From an uncultured Alphaproteobacteria bacterium (GTDB lineage: Bacteria; Pseudomonadota; Alphaproteobacteria; RF32; CAG-239), in assembly GCA_944392295.1 (NCBI GenBank), contig CALXWE010000004.1, positions 45,819 to 109,818 of the forward strand: a DNA stretch of 64,000 bases, written 5' to 3'. Below are positions 28,201 to 38,841 of this stretch, piece by piece. The position numbers and the translations under genes were made by a program. Below the pieces are notes generated by a model that made no database searches, was not told the DNA's origin, and saw nothing but the letters and a program-made list of their open reading frames with translations. Position 1 is the first letter of the stretch, and each line of letters opens with the position of its first letter.

Positions 28201-29379
28201 CTAGAATACCAATCTCATTGTATCTTTGGCAATCATCAATTCTTCATCGGTCGGGATAACAAAAACTTTTACTTTAGAATCCGGGGTTGATATTTCCAAA
28301 GTTTGTCCGCGTTTATTGTTATTTTCTTCATTAAGCTTAATGCCTAAATAAGCTAAGCGCTCAACAACAAGTTTACGAACGATTGAACCGTTTTCACCTA
28401 CACCTGCGGTAAAGACAATGGCGTCAACGCCGCCCAACACGGCAATGTAACCGCCGATAAAACGCAATAAGGTGTGAACATAGACGTTCATAGCATCAAT
28501 AGCATCTTGCTCGCCGTTTAAATAACGTGCTTCAACATCACGATTATCGGAAAATCCGCAAATGCCGAACATGCCGCTTTGTTTGTTAAGCAAAGTATTT
28601 ACTTCGTCTACGGTCTTGTTTTGAGTTTTCATAATGTACAGCGGAATGTAGGGATCGATATCGCCGGAACGAGTACCCATAACAACACCGGCCAGCGGAG
28701 TAAAGCCCATGGAGGTATCAACGCATTTACCGTGCTCAATGGCGGCAATTGACGCTCCGTTGCCTAAATGGCAGGTAATGATTTTACCTTCTTTACCAAT
28801 AAGTTCGGCAGCTTTTTGTGATACATATTTATGCGAAGTGCCATGGAAACCGTAACGACGAATTTTGTGCTCGGTGTATTGTTCTTTAGGCAGAGCGTAT
28901 AAAAAGGCTTCTTTAGCCATGGTCTGATGAAAAGCCGTATCAAATACTACAACTTGCGGAATATTTGGCAAAATGCTCTTTACGGCTCTGATACCGGCAA
29001 CGCTTGCCGGATTGTGTAAAGGTGCGAGCTCGGAAAGTTCGGCAATTTCTTCAATAACCTCATCGGTTACTATAGCAGAGCCCTTAAATGTTTCGCCGCC
29101 ATGCACAATACGGTGTCCTACGGCGCTTAATTCATCCATGCTGTGCAAAGGACCGCTCAAGAGCATATTTAATACCTCGCGGATGGCTTCGGTATGGGTC
29201 GGTAATTCAACATCTTTAACTTGTTTATCATCACCTATTTTTAAGCTGACAAAAGAGCCGTGAATACCGATACGATCGGCAACACCTTTGGCCAAAACTT
29301 CGTAGTTGTCGCCGTCAACGTTAAACAGCTGATATTTTAATGATGAGGAACCGGAGTTTAATACTAAAATTTTTTTCAT
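28201..29379 (-). CDS. ackA: Acetate kinase
   Basis: MKKILVLNSGSSSLKYQLF N-terminus with downstream ASKHD-family motifs. Confidence 0.92.
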   Translation of the reverse strand: MKKILVLNSGSSSLKYQLFNVDGDNYEVLAKGVADRIGIHGSFVSLKIGDDKQVKDVELPTHTEAIREVLNMLLSGPLHSMDELSAVGHRIVHGGETFKGSAIVTDEVIEEIAELSELAPLHNPASVAGIRAVKSILPNIPQVVVFDTAFHQTMAKEAFLYALPKEQYTEHKIRRYGFHGTSHKYVSQKAAELIGKEGKIITCHLGNGASIAAIEHGKCVDTSMGFTPLAGVVMGTRSGDIDPYIPLYIMKTQNKTVDEVNTLLNKQSGMFGICGFSDNRDVEARYLNGEQDAIDAMNVYVHTLLRFIGGYIAVLGGVDAIVFTAGVGENGSIVRKLVVERLAYLGIKLNEENNNKRGQTLEISTPDSKVKVFVIPTDEELMIAKDTMRLVF

Positions 29380-29403
29380 GTCTGTTTCCTTAAAAATTGA
29401 ATA

Positions 29404-30408
29404 TTACTTGTGAGTAGCCTGTAAGCAGGTGATGGCAATTACGCCGGCGATATCTTCGGCAAAGGCTCCGCGAGATAAATCGTTAATCGGGGCATTTAAG
29501 CCTTGCAACATCGGACCGTAAGCTTCACATCCGCCCAATCTTTGCAACAATTTATATCCGATGTTTCCGGCTTCCAAGTTAGGGAAGATTAAAACTTTGG
29601 CCTTACCGGCAACGTGGCTGTCGGGAGCTTTTTTCTTGGCAACTACGGCATCAAGTGCTGCATCGGCTTGCATTTCACCATCAATTTCAATGCCGGAATC
29701 TTTATAAATATCGGCTTTTAATGCTTCTTGAGCCAGGGCTGTGGCATTGCGTACTTTATCAACGTTTTCGCTCTTGGCCGAGCCACGGGTTGAAAATGAT
29801 AACATGGCAACTTTGGGCTCAATTCCGAATTGAATGGCTGTTTCGGCGGCGGTTAAAGCAATATCAGAAAGTTCTTTTTCCGTCGGATTAATTACTACTC
29901 CGCAGTCGGAAAATAAATATGGGGTGTCGTTTGATATCATAATCAAAAATGATGAAACACAGCGGTCTTTCTTAGCTGATTTTATAATCTGTAAGGCCGG
30001 ACGAACCGTATCGGCCGTTGAGTGATTGGCTCCCGATACCATACCGTCGGCATCACCGGCTTTTACCATTAAGGTTCCAAAGTAGGTATAGTTTACGGCA
30101 GTCTGTGCAGCTTGCTCTAAAGTCATACCTTTTTCTTTACGAAGGTTATATAATAATTCGGTATATTCGGCAAGCTTGGGTGATTTTTCGGGTTCTACTA
30201 CTTCAATCCCTCTTAAGCTCCAACCGTTCTTATTAAAATAATCGTGAATTTGGTCTTCTTTTCCGAGTATTATGAGCTTAGCGGCGTTGGCATCGGCAAT
30301 GATGTGTGCTGCTTTTAAAACTCTTTCCTCTTCACCTTCGGGTAAGACTATTGTTTTTAAATTTTCTGAGGCTTTGGCTATTATGCCGTTGAGATATTTA
30401 CTGAGCAT
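29404..30408 (-). CDS. pta: Phosphate acetyltransferase (PTA_PTB domain only)
   Basis: 334 aa of the PTA_PTB family. It lies immediately downstream of ackA in the same orientation. Confidence 0.88.
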   Translation of the reverse strand: MLSKYLNGIIAKASENLKTIVLPEGEEERVLKAAHIIADANAAKLIILGKEDQIHDYFNKNGWSLRGIEVVEPEKSPKLAEYTELLYNLRKEKGMTLEQAAQTAVNYTYFGTLMVKAGDADGMVSGANHSTADTVRPALQIIKSAKKDRCVSSFLIMISNDTPYLFSDCGVVINPTEKELSDIALTAAETAIQFGIEPKVAMLSFSTRGSAKSENVDKVRNATALAQEALKADIYKDSGIEIDGEMQADAALDAVVAKKKAPDSHVAGKAKVLIFPNLEAGNIGYKLLQRLGGCEAYGPMLQGLNAPINDLSRGAFAEDIAGVIAITCLQATHK

Positions 30409-30543
30409 TTTTTATTTCCTTGTTTTTATTAAGATTATTTATGCCTAAACATTAAGCACTATATTGATAAAAAGTCTATAAAAAGTTTTGATTTTTACCA
30501 GATTTTATAATACCATACCCTAAATTATGTATAATGAGGTGGT

Positions 30544-31587
30544 GTGCTTATGAAATTGAAGTTTTTTGTAGCTGTTTTGCTTTGCTTGTTCCCAATGATT
30601 TCTTGGGCCGAGGTTAGCTTTGATGCCGAGGTTAAGGCCTTTGCCGAGGCCGATAATGCGGCGCTTGCCAAAGAACAGGCTTTAACCAAAGCTAACAGAG
30701 AAGCCTTCTTAAAAGTTGCCTCGCGGCTTACAACCAAGGCTAATGTTGATGAGCTTGATAAATTAACCGATGAACAGATTGCTCATTTTATTCGTTCGGC
30801 ATCTTTTGCGGATGAAGTTAACGGCGCCACCACTTATGAAGCCGATTTAACGGTTAATATTAACGGTAAGTTGTTAAAACAGTATATGCAGGAAAATAAT
30901 ATGCTGGAAATGGTTTCGGCTCCGGCGCAAATATTAATTGTTCCGCTGTTTGCCGATACTTTATATCCGGATAAGGTCTTGTGGGAAGACGGTAATGTTT
31001 GGATGTCGGCATGGCTTGATAAAGGACTTATTAAATCGGGGTCGTTTGATTTTAAGGTTATTCCCGATATAGCTCCCAATAAAAATCTGCTATCGACCTA
31101 TAAAGCCGCAAATATGACAAGAGATGTTTATGACAGGCTTGTTGAAATTAACGGCATTAAAGATGTTTTTGTGGTAAGTGCCGTAAGGGCCGGCAGAAAT
31201 AATTTGGTGCTGATTATTACTTCGGTTCCCGATAATGTTGAAAAACGTTTTATGGTTACTGATGAAAACGGGCAAACACTCGAAAAAGCAATTGCCGAAA
31301 CGGTTGGCTATATAACTCTTACCATGCAGGAAAAAAATATGAGTGAAAATACCCGTACAGGTTATATATCTGCTGTCTTTCGTTATCAGAAACTGAAAGA
31401 TTGGCTTAATATGGAAAAACGCCTAAAGTCGGTGCCACAGGTTAAAAATGTTAAAACCGAATCGGTAGGCAACGGACAGGTTAAACTTAATTTTGAATTT
31501 TCCGGCTCGGAAGCATCACTGCGTTCCTCTATGGAAAATTTGGGCATCTTCTTGCAATCAGATAACGGAAATTATATCTTAAGATAG
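30544..31587 (+). CDS. Secreted hypothetical protein (DUF2066-like)
   Basis: Signal peptide MKLKFFVAVLLCLFPMISWA. It lies upstream of an AI-2E family transporter. Confidence 0.4.
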   Translation: MLMKLKFFVAVLLCLFPMISWAEVSFDAEVKAFAEADNAALAKEQALTKANREAFLKVASRLTTKANVDELDKLTDEQIAHFIRSASFADEVNGATTYEADLTVNINGKLLKQYMQENNMLEMVSAPAQILIVPLFADTLYPDKVLWEDGNVWMSAWLDKGLIKSGSFDFKVIPDIAPNKNLLSTYKAANMTRDVYDRLVEINGIKDVFVVSAVRAGRNNLVLIITSVPDNVEKRFMVTDENGQTLEKAIAETVGYITLTMQEKNMSENTRTGYISAVFRYQKLKDWLNMEKRLKSVPQVKNVKTESVGNGQVKLNFEFSGSEASLRSSMENLGIFLQSDNGNYILR

Positions 31588-31601
31588 AAAAGGGTAATTT
31601 T

Positions 31602-32801
31602 ATGAAACAACAATCTCAAAAAAATAATGATATAAAAAAATTAGTAAGTGACTTAAAGGCAGAACAATCGCTTAAAGCTGAAGTTAAAGAAAAAAAGGAA
31701 CCGGCAAAAGAAACCGTTAAATCGCCGAAAATCCATGCCGTAAAGATTGCCGGAAACCATAACGCAATTACTTGGCTTACTATCTTTTTGTTGTTTTGTG
31801 TTGCCGTGTATACATTGCGTTCGGTTTTAATGCCGTTTGTTGCCGGTATTGTTTTGGGCTATTTGTTTGACCCGTTGGCGAGCCGCTTTGAAAAATGGGG
31901 AATGTCGAGAACTCTTGCTACCATTTTAGTTTTTGTGGTGGTGATTGTAATTGCCGTGCCGGCGATTTTATTCTTGTTCGGGATGATTAATGAGCAGTTG
32001 ACCGTTTTTGTTGATGCAACTCCGGGATATATCGCTTCTTTTATAAAACGTACGGAACCGATGCTTTTAAGTCTGCAGGAAAAATTTCCTGATTTGGAAA
32101 TTGCCAATATTAAAGCCGTTTTAAAAGATAATATGACCAGCGGACTGCAGCTGGGCGGTAAACTCTTAAAAGGGGTTATTAATAACGGTTTTGCCATTAT
32201 TAACCTTATATCTTTGCTCTTAATTACTCCTGTTGTGGCCTTTTATATGTTAAGAGATTGGGATACTTTTGTTAAAAAAGTAGATACTCTTTTACCGCGT
32301 AAATCAAAGGCTACCATTCGTGAACAATTTAAACAAATCGACAGAGCTTTATCCGGTTTTATCAGAGGTCAACTCAGTGTTTGCTTGATTTTGGGAACTT
32401 ATTATTCTCTCGGATTAAAGTTTATCGGTTTGGAACTTGGTGTGTTGGTAGGCTTTTTGGCAGGACTTATCTCATTTATCCCTTACGTCGGAAGTATTTC
32501 GGGGTTTGTTATAAGTATTGTTTTGGCCTTAGCTCAATTTAATGATTATACCAAAGTTTTGGAAGTTATTGCCGTGTTTGCCGTAGGTCAGTTTGTTGAA
32601 GGCAACTTCTTAACTCCGAAACTTGTTGGTGATAATGTGGGGCTGCACCCTGTATGGGTTATGTTTGCTTTACTGGCAGGTGGTGTCCTTTTAGGATTTT
32701 TAGGCTTGATGATTGCTGTGCCGGTTGCTGCCATTATCGGTGTATTAATGCGTTATGCCATTAATAACTACAAAAAAAGCAGCTTGTATCTTGAAGATTA
32801 A
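31602..32801 (+). CDS. AI-2E family transporter (UPF0118/PerM-like)
   Basis: 8 TM segments. The VAGIVLGYLFDPL N-terminal core motif and the C-terminal GLMIAVPVAAII fit AI-2E. Confidence 0.75.
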   Translation: MKQQSQKNNDIKKLVSDLKAEQSLKAEVKEKKEPAKETVKSPKIHAVKIAGNHNAITWLTIFLLFCVAVYTLRSVLMPFVAGIVLGYLFDPLASRFEKWGMSRTLATILVFVVVIVIAVPAILFLFGMINEQLTVFVDATPGYIASFIKRTEPMLLSLQEKFPDLEIANIKAVLKDNMTSGLQLGGKLLKGVINNGFAIINLISLLLITPVVAFYMLRDWDTFVKKVDTLLPRKSKATIREQFKQIDRALSGFIRGQLSVCLILGTYYSLGLKFIGLELGVLVGFLAGLISFIPYVGSISGFVISIVLALAQFNDYTKVLEVIAVFAVGQFVEGNFLTPKLVGDNVGLHPVWVMFALLAGGVLLGFLGLMIAVPVAAIIGVLMRYAINNYKKSSLYLED

Positions 32802-32803
32802 TA

Positions 32804-32828
32804 AAGGAGGCGTTAAGCCTCCTTTATT
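32804..32828. terminator. Hairpin terminator
   Basis: aaggaggc-gttaa-gcctcctt. Confidence 0.45.
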
Positions 32829-32863
32829 AATAGTAATTTATTTGGTTATCTGTCGTTTTTTTA

Positions 32864-33829
32864 TTAATATTCTCGACTTTTATTGTAACCCTTAAGGCGA
32901 GCAGCCTCACGGCATTTGTCGCGCGCGTTTAAAAACTTATCATACTGCTCTTTGGCCTTTTGAGCTTCTTGAGTGTTACCGACTTGCTGATATAGATAAT
33001 TTAACGAGTAATATATATTTTTCTTTTCATTAAATTTGCGACCGCGGCTGAAATCTTGATCATTAATAACGGTTAACAGCTCTTGGTATATGGCGATTTT
33101 ATCATCAGTTGTGTGCGGCTTGTTAAGTTCTTCTCTTAATTGCTCATAGCGAATCTGGTTAAACTCCTGCCGTTCGGCGCGTTGTTGGGCTAAATCTTGT
33201 TTATACTCAAAATACAATTCTTTAATTTGGCGGTTATAATCGTAAGCTTTAGTGTCGATGGTTTTCTTTTTTATTTCCAGTAATAAAGCATAGCGCTTTT
33301 GTGCCGGAATATTTTTCATAAAATACTGCACTTGGCGGGCAATAATATTTAATGGCTGATGGTCAAAACTACCGTCATTGTGCTTTATATCTTTTACCGA
33401 TTTTTTAACGATTTCAAAGCGGTTGTTCCATGAAGTAGGTAAACGTTGTTCATCAATATCGTAAAGATGCTCATAAATACCAATACGGGTTGTAGTATTT
33501 TGCTTAGAATCATTGGGAATAAATTGTAAAATTTTTTTAAACTTGTTATAGGTTATGAGCATAAGCTCATCATCTTCGCAGTCGGCATCAATTTTGTAAC
33601 GATTGTTTATAGCTTGTTCTACAAGAGCCACTTTCTTTTGATAGTTTTCGGGGATATGGGGCAAAAGTTCGGCAACGGCTTCTTGATGAGGCATTTTGGC
33701 AACGGTGTCTATATCTTTTCTTGCTAAACGGCACAATGGCTCTAAAGATTTTCGTGGTCCGTCAATATTAAAATCATCACATACGCGGTGGTACACATAT
33801 TGTTCAAAAAGAGTTTTATTTCCGTTCAT
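32864..33829 (-). CDS. Hypothetical protein (K/E/Q-rich, helical)
   Basis: ORF only. No recognisable motifs. Confidence 0.4.
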   Translation of the reverse strand: MNGNKTLFEQYVYHRVCDDFNIDGPRKSLEPLCRLARKDIDTVAKMPHQEAVAELLPHIPENYQKKVALVEQAINNRYKIDADCEDDELMLITYNKFKKILQFIPNDSKQNTTTRIGIYEHLYDIDEQRLPTSWNNRFEIVKKSVKDIKHNDGSFDHQPLNIIARQVQYFMKNIPAQKRYALLLEIKKKTIDTKAYDYNRQIKELYFEYKQDLAQQRAERQEFNQIRYEQLREELNKPHTTDDKIAIYQELLTVINDQDFSRGRKFNEKKNIYYSLNYLYQQVGNTQEAQKAKEQYDKFLNARDKCREAARLKGYNKSREY

Positions 33830-33841
33830 GCAAAAAACTTC

Positions 33842-34279
33842 CTACAATTTTTTTACCATCTTGGCAAAAGTTAGTCCCTGTTCTTCAAATAAATCGCCTT
33901 CTTGGTGGTAACCGAGCTTTTCATAAAAATGTACCACGGAAAGCATTGCATGCATAACAATTTGTGAATATCCGGCTTCTTTGGCGCGTTTTTCGGCGTA
34001 AGCAACCAGAGCTTTACCAACACCTTCGCCTTGATGTACGGTATCTACGGCAACCTGCATCAATCTGATTTCTTTATCATTTACAGGAGCTAAAATTAAG
34101 CCGCCGACCAGTTTGTCATCAAGGCTTTCAATACAGCCGATATGTAAATAAGAAATTTCCTTATCGCGAAACGAATCAAGAAACTTTAGACCAAGCGGCT
34201 CAAGCAGAATTTTATAACGAAGTTCTACCAATTCATCATAACGGGAAGAGCCAAATTCAATATCTACTATTTTTTTCAT
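33842..34279 (-). CDS. GNAT family N-acetyltransferase
   Basis: Acetyl-CoA binding motif A is QVAVDTVHQGEGVGKALVAYAEKRAKEAG. Confidence 0.8.
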   Translation of the reverse strand: MKKIVDIEFGSSRYDELVELRYKILLEPLGLKFLDSFRDKEISYLHIGCIESLDDKLVGGLILAPVNDKEIRLMQVAVDTVHQGEGVGKALVAYAEKRAKEAGYSQIVMHAMLSVVHFYEKLGYHQEGDLFEEQGLTFAKMVKKL

Positions 34280-34396
34280 GAGCCGTCTCCTTTAATACTA
34301 AACATTAGAACATATTTTACTGATTTTTTCAATATTATATTGCTTAAAGTAAAAAATTAATTTATCAATGGTGTAAAATGAATAAAGGATAGTAAC

Positions 34397-36199
34397 ATGA
34401 CGGATTTAAGCTTGATTAGAAATTTTGCGATTATTGCCCATATCGACCATGGTAAATCGACATTGGCCGACAGAATGATTGAATATTGCGGTGGTTTGAG
34501 CGAACGAGAAATGACCGATCAAGTGTTAGATTCGATGGATATCGAAAAAGAACGCGGCATTACCATCAAAGCCCAGACCGTAAGGCTTAATTATAAGGCT
34601 AAAGATGGTAAAACTTATCAGCTTAATTTAATGGATACTCCGGGACACGTAGATTTTTCATATGAGGTTTCGCGCTCGCTGGCTTCATGTGAAGGCTCGG
34701 TATTGGTGGTTGACGCTACCCAAGGGGTTGAGGCTCAAACTTTGGCTAACGTTTATTTGGCAATTGAAAATAATCATGAGATTGTGCCGGTGTTAAACAA
34801 AGTTGATTTACCCTCGGCCGATGTGGAAAGGGTTAAGCAGCAGATAGAGGATGTTATCGGGCTTGATGCTTCCGATGCGGTTGAGACATCGGGTAAAACC
34901 GGTTTTGGCGTACCGGATTTGTTGGAAGCTATAGTACATAGATTACCGGCGCCGAAAGGCGATGAAAATGCTCCGTTAAAGGCTCTTTTGATTGATAGCT
35001 GGTATGATTCATATCTTGGTGTTATTATTTTAGTACGAATTAAAGACGGCGTATTAAAGAAGAAAATGCCAATACGTATGATGTCGAATAATGCAGTATA
35101 TTCTGTTGATAAAGTAGGTATATTTACGCCCAAGATGCAAGATGTTGAAGCCTTATATCCGGGTGAAGTCGGCTTTATTACCGCAAGTATTAAGAGTGTT
35201 AGCGACTGTCGTGTAGGTGATACAATTACCGATAATAAAACCCCTTGTTTGGAAGCGCTGCCGGGGTTTAAACCTTCCATTCCGGTGGTGTTCTGCTCTA
35301 TTTTTCCGGTAGATTCAAGCCAGTATGATGCCTTAAAAGATGCTTTGGCTAAGTTAAAACTTAATGATGCCAGTATTAATTATCAGAACGAAAATTCAGC
35401 GGCCCTTGGTTTGGGTTTTAGATGCGGATTTTTGGGCTTGCTTCATATGGAAATTATTCAAGAGCGAATCGGTCGTGAGTTTGATTTAGATATTATTACC
35501 ACGGCGCCATCGGTTGCTTATAAACTTCATATGACAACAGGTGAAGAACTTATGCTCCACAATCCGGCCGATATGCCCGATTTAAGTACCGTACGCTCTA
35601 TTGAAGAACCTATGGTAAGAGCAACAATTTTAGTGCCGGATAATTATTTGGGTGCCGTGTTAAAATTATGTACGGAAAGACGCGGTGAACAAGAAGAATT
35701 AACTTATGTCGGCAGCCGTGCCATGGTGGTTTATAAAATTCCGCTTAATGAGATTGTTTTTGATTTTTATGATCGCTTAAAATCGATTACCAGCGGATAT
35801 GCCAGCTTTGATTATGAGCTGACCGGATATCAGGAAGCGGATTTGGTTAAGGTACAGATTTTAATTAATGAAGAGCCGGTTGACGCGTTGGCGTTTTTGT
35901 GTCATCGCAGTGAGGCAGAATCTCGTGGAAGACAGATTTGCGAACGCTTAAAAGACTTAATTCCGAGGCACTTATTTAAGATTCCGATACAAGCGGCTAT
36001 CGGCGGAAGAGTTGTAGCACGTGAAACCATTTCGGCACTGCGTAAAGATGTAACGGCAAAATGTTACGGCGGGGATGTAACCCGTAAACGTAAGTTATTG
36101 GATAAGCAAAAGAAAGGTAAACAGCGTATGCGTCAATTCGGTAAAGTTGAAGTACCGCAATCGGCGTTTATCGAAGCTTTGCGAATCGGCGACGATTAA
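34397..36199 (+). CDS. lepA: Elongation factor 4 (LepA)
   Basis: [21 protein letters not shown]1 motif, DTPGHVDF, and the LepA-specific C-terminal domain. Confidence 0.95.
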   Translation: MTDLSLIRNFAIIAHIDHGKSTLADRMIEYCGGLSEREMTDQVLDSMDIEKERGITIKAQTVRLNYKAKDGKTYQLNLMDTPGHVDFSYEVSRSLASCEGSVLVVDATQGVEAQTLANVYLAIENNHEIVPVLNKVDLPSADVERVKQQIEDVIGLDASDAVETSGKTGFGVPDLLEAIVHRLPAPKGDENAPLKALLIDSWYDSYLGVIILVRIKDGVLKKKMPIRMMSNNAVYSVDKVGIFTPKMQDVEALYPGEVGFITASIKSVSDCRVGDTITDNKTPCLEALPGFKPSIPVVFCSIFPVDSSQYDALKDALAKLKLNDASINYQNENSAALGLGFRCGFLGLLHMEIIQERIGREFDLDIITTAPSVAYKLHMTTGEELMLHNPADMPDLSTVRSIEEPMVRATILVPDNYLGAVLKLCTERRGEQEELTYVGSRAMVVYKIPLNEIVFDFYDRLKSITSGYASFDYELTGYQEADLVKVQILINEEPVDALAFLCHRSEAESRGRQICERLKDLIPRHLFKIPIQAAIGGRVVARETISALRKDVTAKCYGGDVTRKRKLLDKQKKGKQRMRQFGKVEVPQSAFIEALRIGDD

Positions 36200-36277
36200 A
36201 AGGCGTGATATGGCTTTGTACAGAGTAGTGAAACTATAAAGTATGGTTAGTTTATTAATGCTTTTGTTATGACTTTT

Positions 36278-37069
36278 TTATTTTGTAAAATCAAACTGTA
36301 TCCACTGGTAAAAGTAAAGACTACCGTTATTTACAAACTCATTGTAACTTTTTTGGCAGGCTTCATAAAAATCGTGGGTTGTCATATTAGGTAGGCAAGG
36401 GGATGTAGATTTACAATTTTGCCGATAATAGTAATAATATGGTCGCTCAATCCAAACGGTTGTCAAAGATGAAGTTTCTGGTTGTATGGATTTTAACATC
36501 TGAAACGTATTAACACAAGCATCTACGGAGCTTTGTGCTTTGTTATAATGAATAATAAATGCAAGATTATTTCCATTTTTTCCTACATATAATTCTATGC
36601 TTATACCAAGAGAGGTTTTGACAACGTTTTTGCTTATATAAGATACACCATCAGGTAATGATTTTAATGTATTCAGTAACCCGGCGACATCTGTTCCCGA
36701 AGATGTTTTTTCGTAATATTTTTGTGAAATAGTCGATGTAACAGCGGTCAGCAGTTCCGAAATTTGTTGGGTGTGTTTATTTAATTTATATTTTGTCATC
36801 GCCTTAGAGTAGCCGGATATAGCGCCAACCGATAGAATGCCAATGATAGCAAGAACACCAAGCATTTCGACCATACTTCTTCCGGCGGAAAGTTTGTATA
36901 AGTGCTCATCTAAAGCCGTTTTACGGTACTGAAAAAAATTCATGTACTTTTTGTGTACACTAAAATTTTTTTCGCCCCTAGAAACGACTTTATCTAAACT
37001 CTTCTCCAAACTTTCGGGAAAAAAGGGGCTGATTTTTACGAATTGGCATAAAAATTGATAAAATTTCAT
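36278..37069 (-). CDS. Type IV pilin-like protein, paralog 4 of 6, long leader carrying a 102-bp in-frame insertion
   Basis: MKFYQFLCQFVKIS-[34 aa insert]-RKTALDEHLYKLSAG|RSMVEMLGVLAIIGILSVGAISGYSKAM. The C-terminal domain is divergent. Confidence 0.65.
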   Translation of the reverse strand: MKFYQFLCQFVKISPFFPESLEKSLDKVVSRGEKNFSVHKKYMNFFQYRKTALDEHLYKLSAGRSMVEMLGVLAIIGILSVGAISGYSKAMTKYKLNKHTQQISELLTAVTSTISQKYYEKTSSGTDVAGLLNTLKSLPDGVSYISKNVVKTSLGISIELYVGKNGNNLAFIIHYNKAQSSVDACVNTFQMLKSIQPETSSLTTVWIERPYYYYYRQNCKSTSPCLPNMTTHDFYEACQKSYNEFVNNGSLYFYQWIQFDFTK

Positions 37070-37150
37070 CTAAAATCTCCGAGTTTTATTCACTAAAGGA
37101 CTTTAAACGAAATCATAAACCGTTTTTTTTTTTTGCAACTTTAAAAGGAA
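37070..37150 (-). promoter_or_regulatory. Conserved pilin promoter/5' leader module, copy 4 (T12 tract 37123..37134)
   Basis: Same conserved block. Confidence 0.55.
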
Positions 37151-37195
37151 GTTGTCGGAAATTATCTGAGAATAAAACTTAATTTGATTACAAAA

Positions 37196-37228
37196 AAAAA
37201 CACTCTCATTACTGAGAGTGTTTTTTTA
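37196..37228. terminator. Terminator downstream of tuf
   Basis: aaaaacactctca-ttac-tgagagtgttttttt. Confidence 0.75.
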
Positions 37229-37256
37229 CTTAACAATTCCGATAAGTTTATAAATC

Positions 37257-38447
37257 TTACTTCAAGATTTTAGAAACTACACCGGCACCTACTGTGTGAC
37301 CGCCTTCACGAATAGCAAAACGTAAACCTTCGTTCATAGCAATCGGGTGAATCAATTTTGCTGTCATTGTGATGTTATCACCAGGCATTACCATCTCGGT
37401 TCCTTCAGGTAATTCAATCGAACCGGTTACGTCCGTTGTACGGAAGTAGAATTGAGGACGGTAGTTAGAGAAGAACGGAGTATGACGTCCACCTTCTTCT
37501 TTAGTCAAAATGTAGCATTCACAGGTAAATTCTGTGTGAGGTGTAATGGAGCCAGGAGCTGCCAATACTTGACCACGTTCTACTTCTTCTCTCTTGGTGC
37601 CACGCAACAATACACCAATGTTATCGCCGGCTTCACCTTCATCCAACAACTTACGGAACATTTCAATACCGGTACATGTTGTCTTTTGGGTCGGCTTAAT
37701 ACCTACGATTTCAATTTCATCGCCTACTTTGATTACACCGCGTTCTACACGTCCGGTTACCACTGTACCACGACCGGAAATTGAGAATACGTCTTCAATC
37801 GGCATCAAGAACGGTTTGTCCTTCGGACGATCAGGTTGCGGAATGTAGTTGTCTACGGCGTTCATCAATTCAATGATAGAATCGTGTCCAATCTTCGGAT
37901 CGCCGTTTTCCAATACTGCCAAGGCACTTCCTTTAATAATCGGAATTTCATCTCCAGGGAAACCGTAAGAGGTTAACAAATCTCTGATTTCCATCTCTAC
38001 CAATTCCAACAATTCAGGATCGTCTACTTGGTCTACTTTGTTCATGTATACAACAATCGCCGGTACACCTACTTGACGAGCAAGCAAAATGTGCTCACGA
38101 GTTTGCGGCATCGGTCCATCTGCTGCACTTACTACCAAAATTGCACCATCCATTTGGGCTGCACCGGTAATCATGTTCTTTACATAGTCTGCGTGGCCGG
38201 GGCAGTCTACGTGTGCGTAGTGACGCTTTGCTGTTTCATATTCTACGTGTGAGGTCGAAATGGTAATACCACGAGCCTTCTCTTCAGGTGCTTTATCAAT
38301 TTGATCATATGCAGTGAAGTTGGCTCCGCCTTGCTCTGCCAATACTTTGGTAATGGCGGCGGTTAATGTTGTTTTACCATGGTCTACGTGACCGATAGTT
38401 CCTATGTTGCAGTGCGGCTTGCTCCGCTCAAATTTCTCTTTTGCCAT
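37257..38447 (-). CDS. tuf: Elongation factor Tu
   Basis: The long ORF is trimmed to [33 protein letters not shown] at 38447. Full EF-Tu of 396 aa. Confidence 0.97.
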   Translation of the reverse strand: MAKEKFERSKPHCNIGTIGHVDHGKTTLTAAITKVLAEQGGANFTAYDQIDKAPEEKARGITISTSHVEYETAKRHYAHVDCPGHADYVKNMITGAAQMDGAILVVSAADGPMPQTREHILLARQVGVPAIVVYMNKVDQVDDPELLELVEMEIRDLLTSYGFPGDEIPIIKGSALAVLENGDPKIGHDSIIELMNAVDNYIPQPDRPKDKPFLMPIEDVFSISGRGTVVTGRVERGVIKVGDEIEIVGIKPTQKTTCTGIEMFRKLLDEGEAGDNIGVLLRGTKREEVERGQVLAAPGSITPHTEFTCECYILTKEEGGRHTPFFSNYRPQFYFRTTDVTGSIELPEGTEMVMPGDNITMTAKLIHPIAMNEGLRFAIREGGHTVGAGVVSKILK

Positions 38448-38501
38448 TGTTGCTCTACCTTTAAAAAAAAGATTAAATTGACTTCCGATATTTAAGGATT
38501 T

Positions 38502-38575
38502 TGGAGCGGGTGAGGGGAATCGAACCCCCGTAATAAGCTTGGAAGGCTTCTGCTCTACCATTGAGCTACACCCGC
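38502..38575 (-). tRNA. tRNA-Gly (anticodon UCC)
   Basis: Reverse complement reads GCGGGTGTAGCTCAATGGTAGAGCAGAAGCCTTCCAAGCTTATTACGGGGGTTCGATTCCCCTCACCCGCTCCA. This is a cloverleaf with a CTTCCAA loop and an encoded CCA. Confidence 0.9.
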
Positions 38576-38605
38576 AAACTCTTAATATATCAGAAGCGAT
38601 TAAAC

Positions 38606-38691
38606 TGGTGGAGGGGGATGGATTCGAACCATCGTAGACGAAAGTCGACGGATTTACAGTCCGTTGCATTTGACCGCTCTGCCACCCCTCC
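38606..38691 (-). tRNA. tRNA-Tyr (anticodon GUA)
   Basis: Reverse complement reads GGAGGGGTGGCAGAGCGGTCAAATGCAACGGACTGTAAATCCGTCGACTTTCGTCTACGATGGTTCGAATCCATCCCCCTCCACCA. It has a long variable arm and a GTA anticodon. The Tyr-Gly pair is arranged ahead of tuf as in tufB loci. Confidence 0.9.
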
Positions 38692-38841
38692 GTTAATCAG
38701 ACGGGAAAAGAACTTTTCTTTTTTACCTTCTGAATTGCAAATAACCTTATTTTTCGGATAATGTCAACCCTTTTTTCACAATATCTTAATTAATTTTGCA
38801 TATTTTATTTGTTTATAAGAGGTTAGAACGGAGATTCGTCT

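Noticed and set aside
34774-35280. 168-aa minus-strand ORF inside lepA, and similar antisense ORFs inside murQ (39036..39491) and rlmB (39974..40219)
   Set aside because: They are shadow ORFs antisense to conserved genes.
37257-38669. 470-aa version of the tuf ORF
   Set aside because: The N-terminal 74 codons are read-through of the upstream region. The conserved EF-Tu start MAKEKF at 38447 is used instead.
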